DNA of 63,821 bases, filler included, from Lama guanicoe (lineage: Eukaryota), in the NCBI GenBank assembly GCA_013239625.1. It is 147 parts of 147 records of this genome, joined end to end, with 100 filler letters (N's around TTAATTAATTAA, not from the genome) between each part and the next. Parts side by side here need not be neighbours in the genome. Positions count along the whole stretch, not along the records: positions 61,306 to 61,641 come from PNXV01056824.1; positions 61,742 to 62,077 come from PNXV01056825.1; positions 62,178 to 62,513 come from PNXV01056826.1; positions 62,614 to 62,949 come from PNXV01056827.1; positions 63,050 to 63,385 come from PNXV01056828.1; positions 63,486 to 63,821 come from PNXV01056829.1; 141 more parts are not named here. One strand, written 5' to 3'. The notes beneath the pieces are model-generated. The model made no database searches. It was not told where the DNA came from and was given only the letters and a program-made list of their open reading frames with translations. The position numbers were made by a program, and so were the translations under genes. This document shows positions 61,384-63,821 of this stretch, piece after piece; the first letter of the stretch is position 1, and each line of letters begins with the position of its first letter.

Positions 61384-61741
61384 GTAAGCATGTTTTAAAG
61401 ACAGAACCTTAGCAGTGCAATAGGAGCCCCGCCTGCCTCTCAGAGGGAGCCACTCCATGGAGCTCTGCGTTTATCCTTCCCTCTAACACACGTCGTTTTG
61501 TTTCGCTTGTTGACCGAGCGTCATAAAAACGGGCGATCGTACGGAATGTACTCTGACCTGTCTGTTTTTCACTCAGTGCTGAGAACCAGCCAAGAAGATG
61601 AACAGTGTCCGCTCGGGGCCCGGCTGTGGGGTTCAAGCCCTNNNNNNNNNNNNNNNNNNNNNNNNNNNNNNNNNNNNNNNNNNNNTTAATTAATTAANNN
61701 NNNNNNNNNNNNNNNNNNNNNNNNNNNNNNNNNNNNNNNNN

Positions 61742-62077
61742 CTTTAGTAATAAAACCTCCAGTTTTGGGTTGGGCATCTGGAATAGATGCTGTATTTCCT
61801 GTCATACCGAACGTAACTAAGTTCTGGACAGTGGCATGTAAGCAGAAGTATCGTGTGACAGCTTTTGGAAGATATCCTTAAAATACAGCTGGTCCATTTG
61901 TCTCCTTTCCCTCCTTTCACATCCTGCTCTTAGGAATGCAGTTGCGATGGCTGGAACTCCATCTCGGACCAGGAGGGTGAGCACAATTCCTGGGGGATGA
62001 TGGAGGAGGAAGCTGGAAAACAGTCCATGGGCAAGACCCAGGTGCAGCCACCCCACTAGCCCTGGATGGCTTATCCT
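61742..62077 (+). mobile_element. Old MaLR LTR (MLT1-like)
   Basis: tgtatttcctg...taactaagttctggacagtggcatgtaagcagaagt...tcctgctcttaggaatgcag...gatggctggaactcca. Confidence 0.7.
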
Positions 62078-63485
62078 NNNNNNNNNNNNNNNNNNNNNNN
62101 NNNNNNNNNNNNNNNNNNNNNTTAATTAATTAANNNNNNNNNNNNNNNNNNNNNNNNNNNNNNNNNNNNNNNNNNNNGATGATGGCGTCTTGCCATCTTC
62201 ACATTCTCCAACTCCAAATGGTCACGACTTCTGGAAAGCCCATATTGTATTTCTCATACAACTGCTATCAACTTCTCCCACACACAGAAGCCCAGTTTGG
62301 CTTCATGCTTTTAAATGCCTTCTAAGATCCATCTGTGAAGATGTACTATAAATTCTCTGCTGTGGACACTAAAGATGTTTCTAGTCCTTTGTTCTAACAA
62401 ACATGCTGCAATGAATATCCTTGCATATATAGGACTTTTTCAGCCTTGTGAGTGCATCTGTGGGATAAATCCACAGAAATGAAATTATGCTTTGCATTTT
62501 GGAATTAAATGGCNNNNNNNNNNNNNNNNNNNNNNNNNNNNNNNNNNNNNNNNNNNNTTAATTAATTAANNNNNNNNNNNNNNNNNNNNNNNNNNNNNNN
62601 NNNNNNNNNNNNNTTCAATGTGAAAAAGAATTTGGCATCTATGGGGGACAGTGAGCCCAGAACATCTGACTGAGATGTCTAGCTTTGCCTTCTCGGACAT
62701 TTGATCCATTCCCCACCCTCTGATTGTGAGGGCCAACCTGTTTGGAAGGGAGGTATGCAGAGTGATGGCTAAGGAAACAAGGTGATCTTCCAAATCTCTG
62801 GGACTCTACCCACAGGCCAACCCTCTGAAGGGCTTCTAGTAATTAGAATAGTAGTATGGTTACCTGCCCTTCGAGGAGTGCTTTACGGTTTTTGCAGAGA
62901 GGTTCTGTCCGTTATCTCATCAGATCATCCAACACCCCCACAAAGCAGGNNNNNNNNNNNNNNNNNNNNNNNNNNNNNNNNNNNNNNNNNNNNTTAATTA
63001 ATTAANNNNNNNNNNNNNNNNNNNNNNNNNNNNNNNNNNNNNNNNNNNNGTGTTCCCTGCAATTGGCAGATGCAGGGGTTTGGTGTTCATCTGTTGCCTG
63101 CCCTCAGCAGCTAAGTAACAGATGTCCTAGAGAAGGTCCTACATCTGCAGTGTTAACTGAATTCTCCTGTGATTGTGCGTCAAAAGCATGCATGTTCCAG
63201 AGAGCAGGTCTGGAAATAGCAATGGGAATTTGAAGCCTGATGTCTGTTTAAAAGGTTATATTTTATAAGTGTGGCTGCCAGGGAAAAGGGTCCTCAAAAA
63301 CTATGGGCTTTTTCAATGCTGAGTGGGTGAAGGAGTGACCAGCTGTTGGAGAGGACCAGCTACATCAAAGGAACTCCAGTTAGGANNNNNNNNNNNNNNN
63401 NNNNNNNNNNNNNNNNNNNNNNNNNNNNNTTAATTAATTAANNNNNNNNNNNNNNNNNNNNNNNNNNNNNNNNNNNNNNNNNNNN

Positions 63486-63821
63486 AAAAAAAGAATTAAA
63501 CGAAGTGAAGATAAGCAATCTTCCTGATGAAGAGTTCAGGGTAATGAACATAAAGAGCTCAATGAATTTGCAAGAAGAATGAATGAACACCATAAGAAAT
63601 TAAACAAAGAGTTGGAAAGTATAAAGAAAAACCAATCAGAGCTGAAGAATAAAATAACTAAAATAAAAAATACACTGGAGAAAAATCAACAGATTAGGTG
63701 TTACAGAGGAATGGATAAAAGATCTGGAGGACAGAGTAGTGGAAATCATCTAAGCGGAACAGAAAAAAGAAGTTTAAAAATGAGGATATTTTAAGAGACC
63801 CTTGGGATGACATCAAGCATA
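63486..63821 (+). mobile_element. LINE-1 ORF1 fragment
   Basis: aatcttcctgatgaagagttcagggtaatg and the translation LNKELESIKKNQSELKNKITKIKNTLE (coiled coil). Confidence 0.9.

Larger units (their letters stand above)
1..63821. other. Artificial concatenation of ~147 unplaced ~335-bp contigs (chrUn-like pseudo-scaffold)
   Basis: Identical 100-bp linker every ~434-436 bp. Inserts are unrelated in GC content and repeat class. Insert length rises from ~334 to ~336 bp along the window. Confidence 0.98.

Noticed and set aside
334..63485. CRISPR-like array (constant palindromic repeat with unique, equal-length spacers)
   Set aside because: The repeat is a 12-bp synthetic stop linker within N runs, the spacers are ~335-bp mammalian genomic fragments, and there are no cas genes.
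382..63794. Most ORFs in the six-frame track as novel small proteins
   Set aside because: They run into N and end at linker stops, or are antisense or degenerate translations of L1/LTR or GC-rich DNA. None shows recognisable domains apart from SMARCA1, EYS and L1 pieces.

Overview
This window is not a contiguous locus. It is an artificial concatenation of about 147 unrelated short contigs (about 334-336 bp, broadly sorted by increasing length). Each pair is separated by an identical 100-bp linker (44 N + TTAATTAATTAA + 44 N, stop codons in all six frames), as in a chrUn-style pseudo-scaffold. The DNA is eutherian: L1, L2, MIR, MaLR/ERV LTRs, Tigger1, MER20 and MER58 fragments. Seven copies of a tRNA-Ala-derived SINE resembling camelid vic-1 point to a camel or alpaca genome. 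Most ORFs in the supplied track are artefacts that run into N and stop in the linker. Recognisable gene pieces are coding exon 1 of CUL5, coding exon 1 of SMARCA1, and an EGF-repeat exon of EYS. The EYS exon carries an apparent 2-bp frameshift, the most interesting observation, suggesting possible EYS loss in camelids. Also present are a ~248-bp-period satellite, a strongly GC-shifted L1 fossil, a few unidentified candidate exons and some regulatory motifs. I found no multi-gene novel system, and adjacency between contigs has no biological meaning. Gene and repeat names come from recall of known sequences, not database searches.
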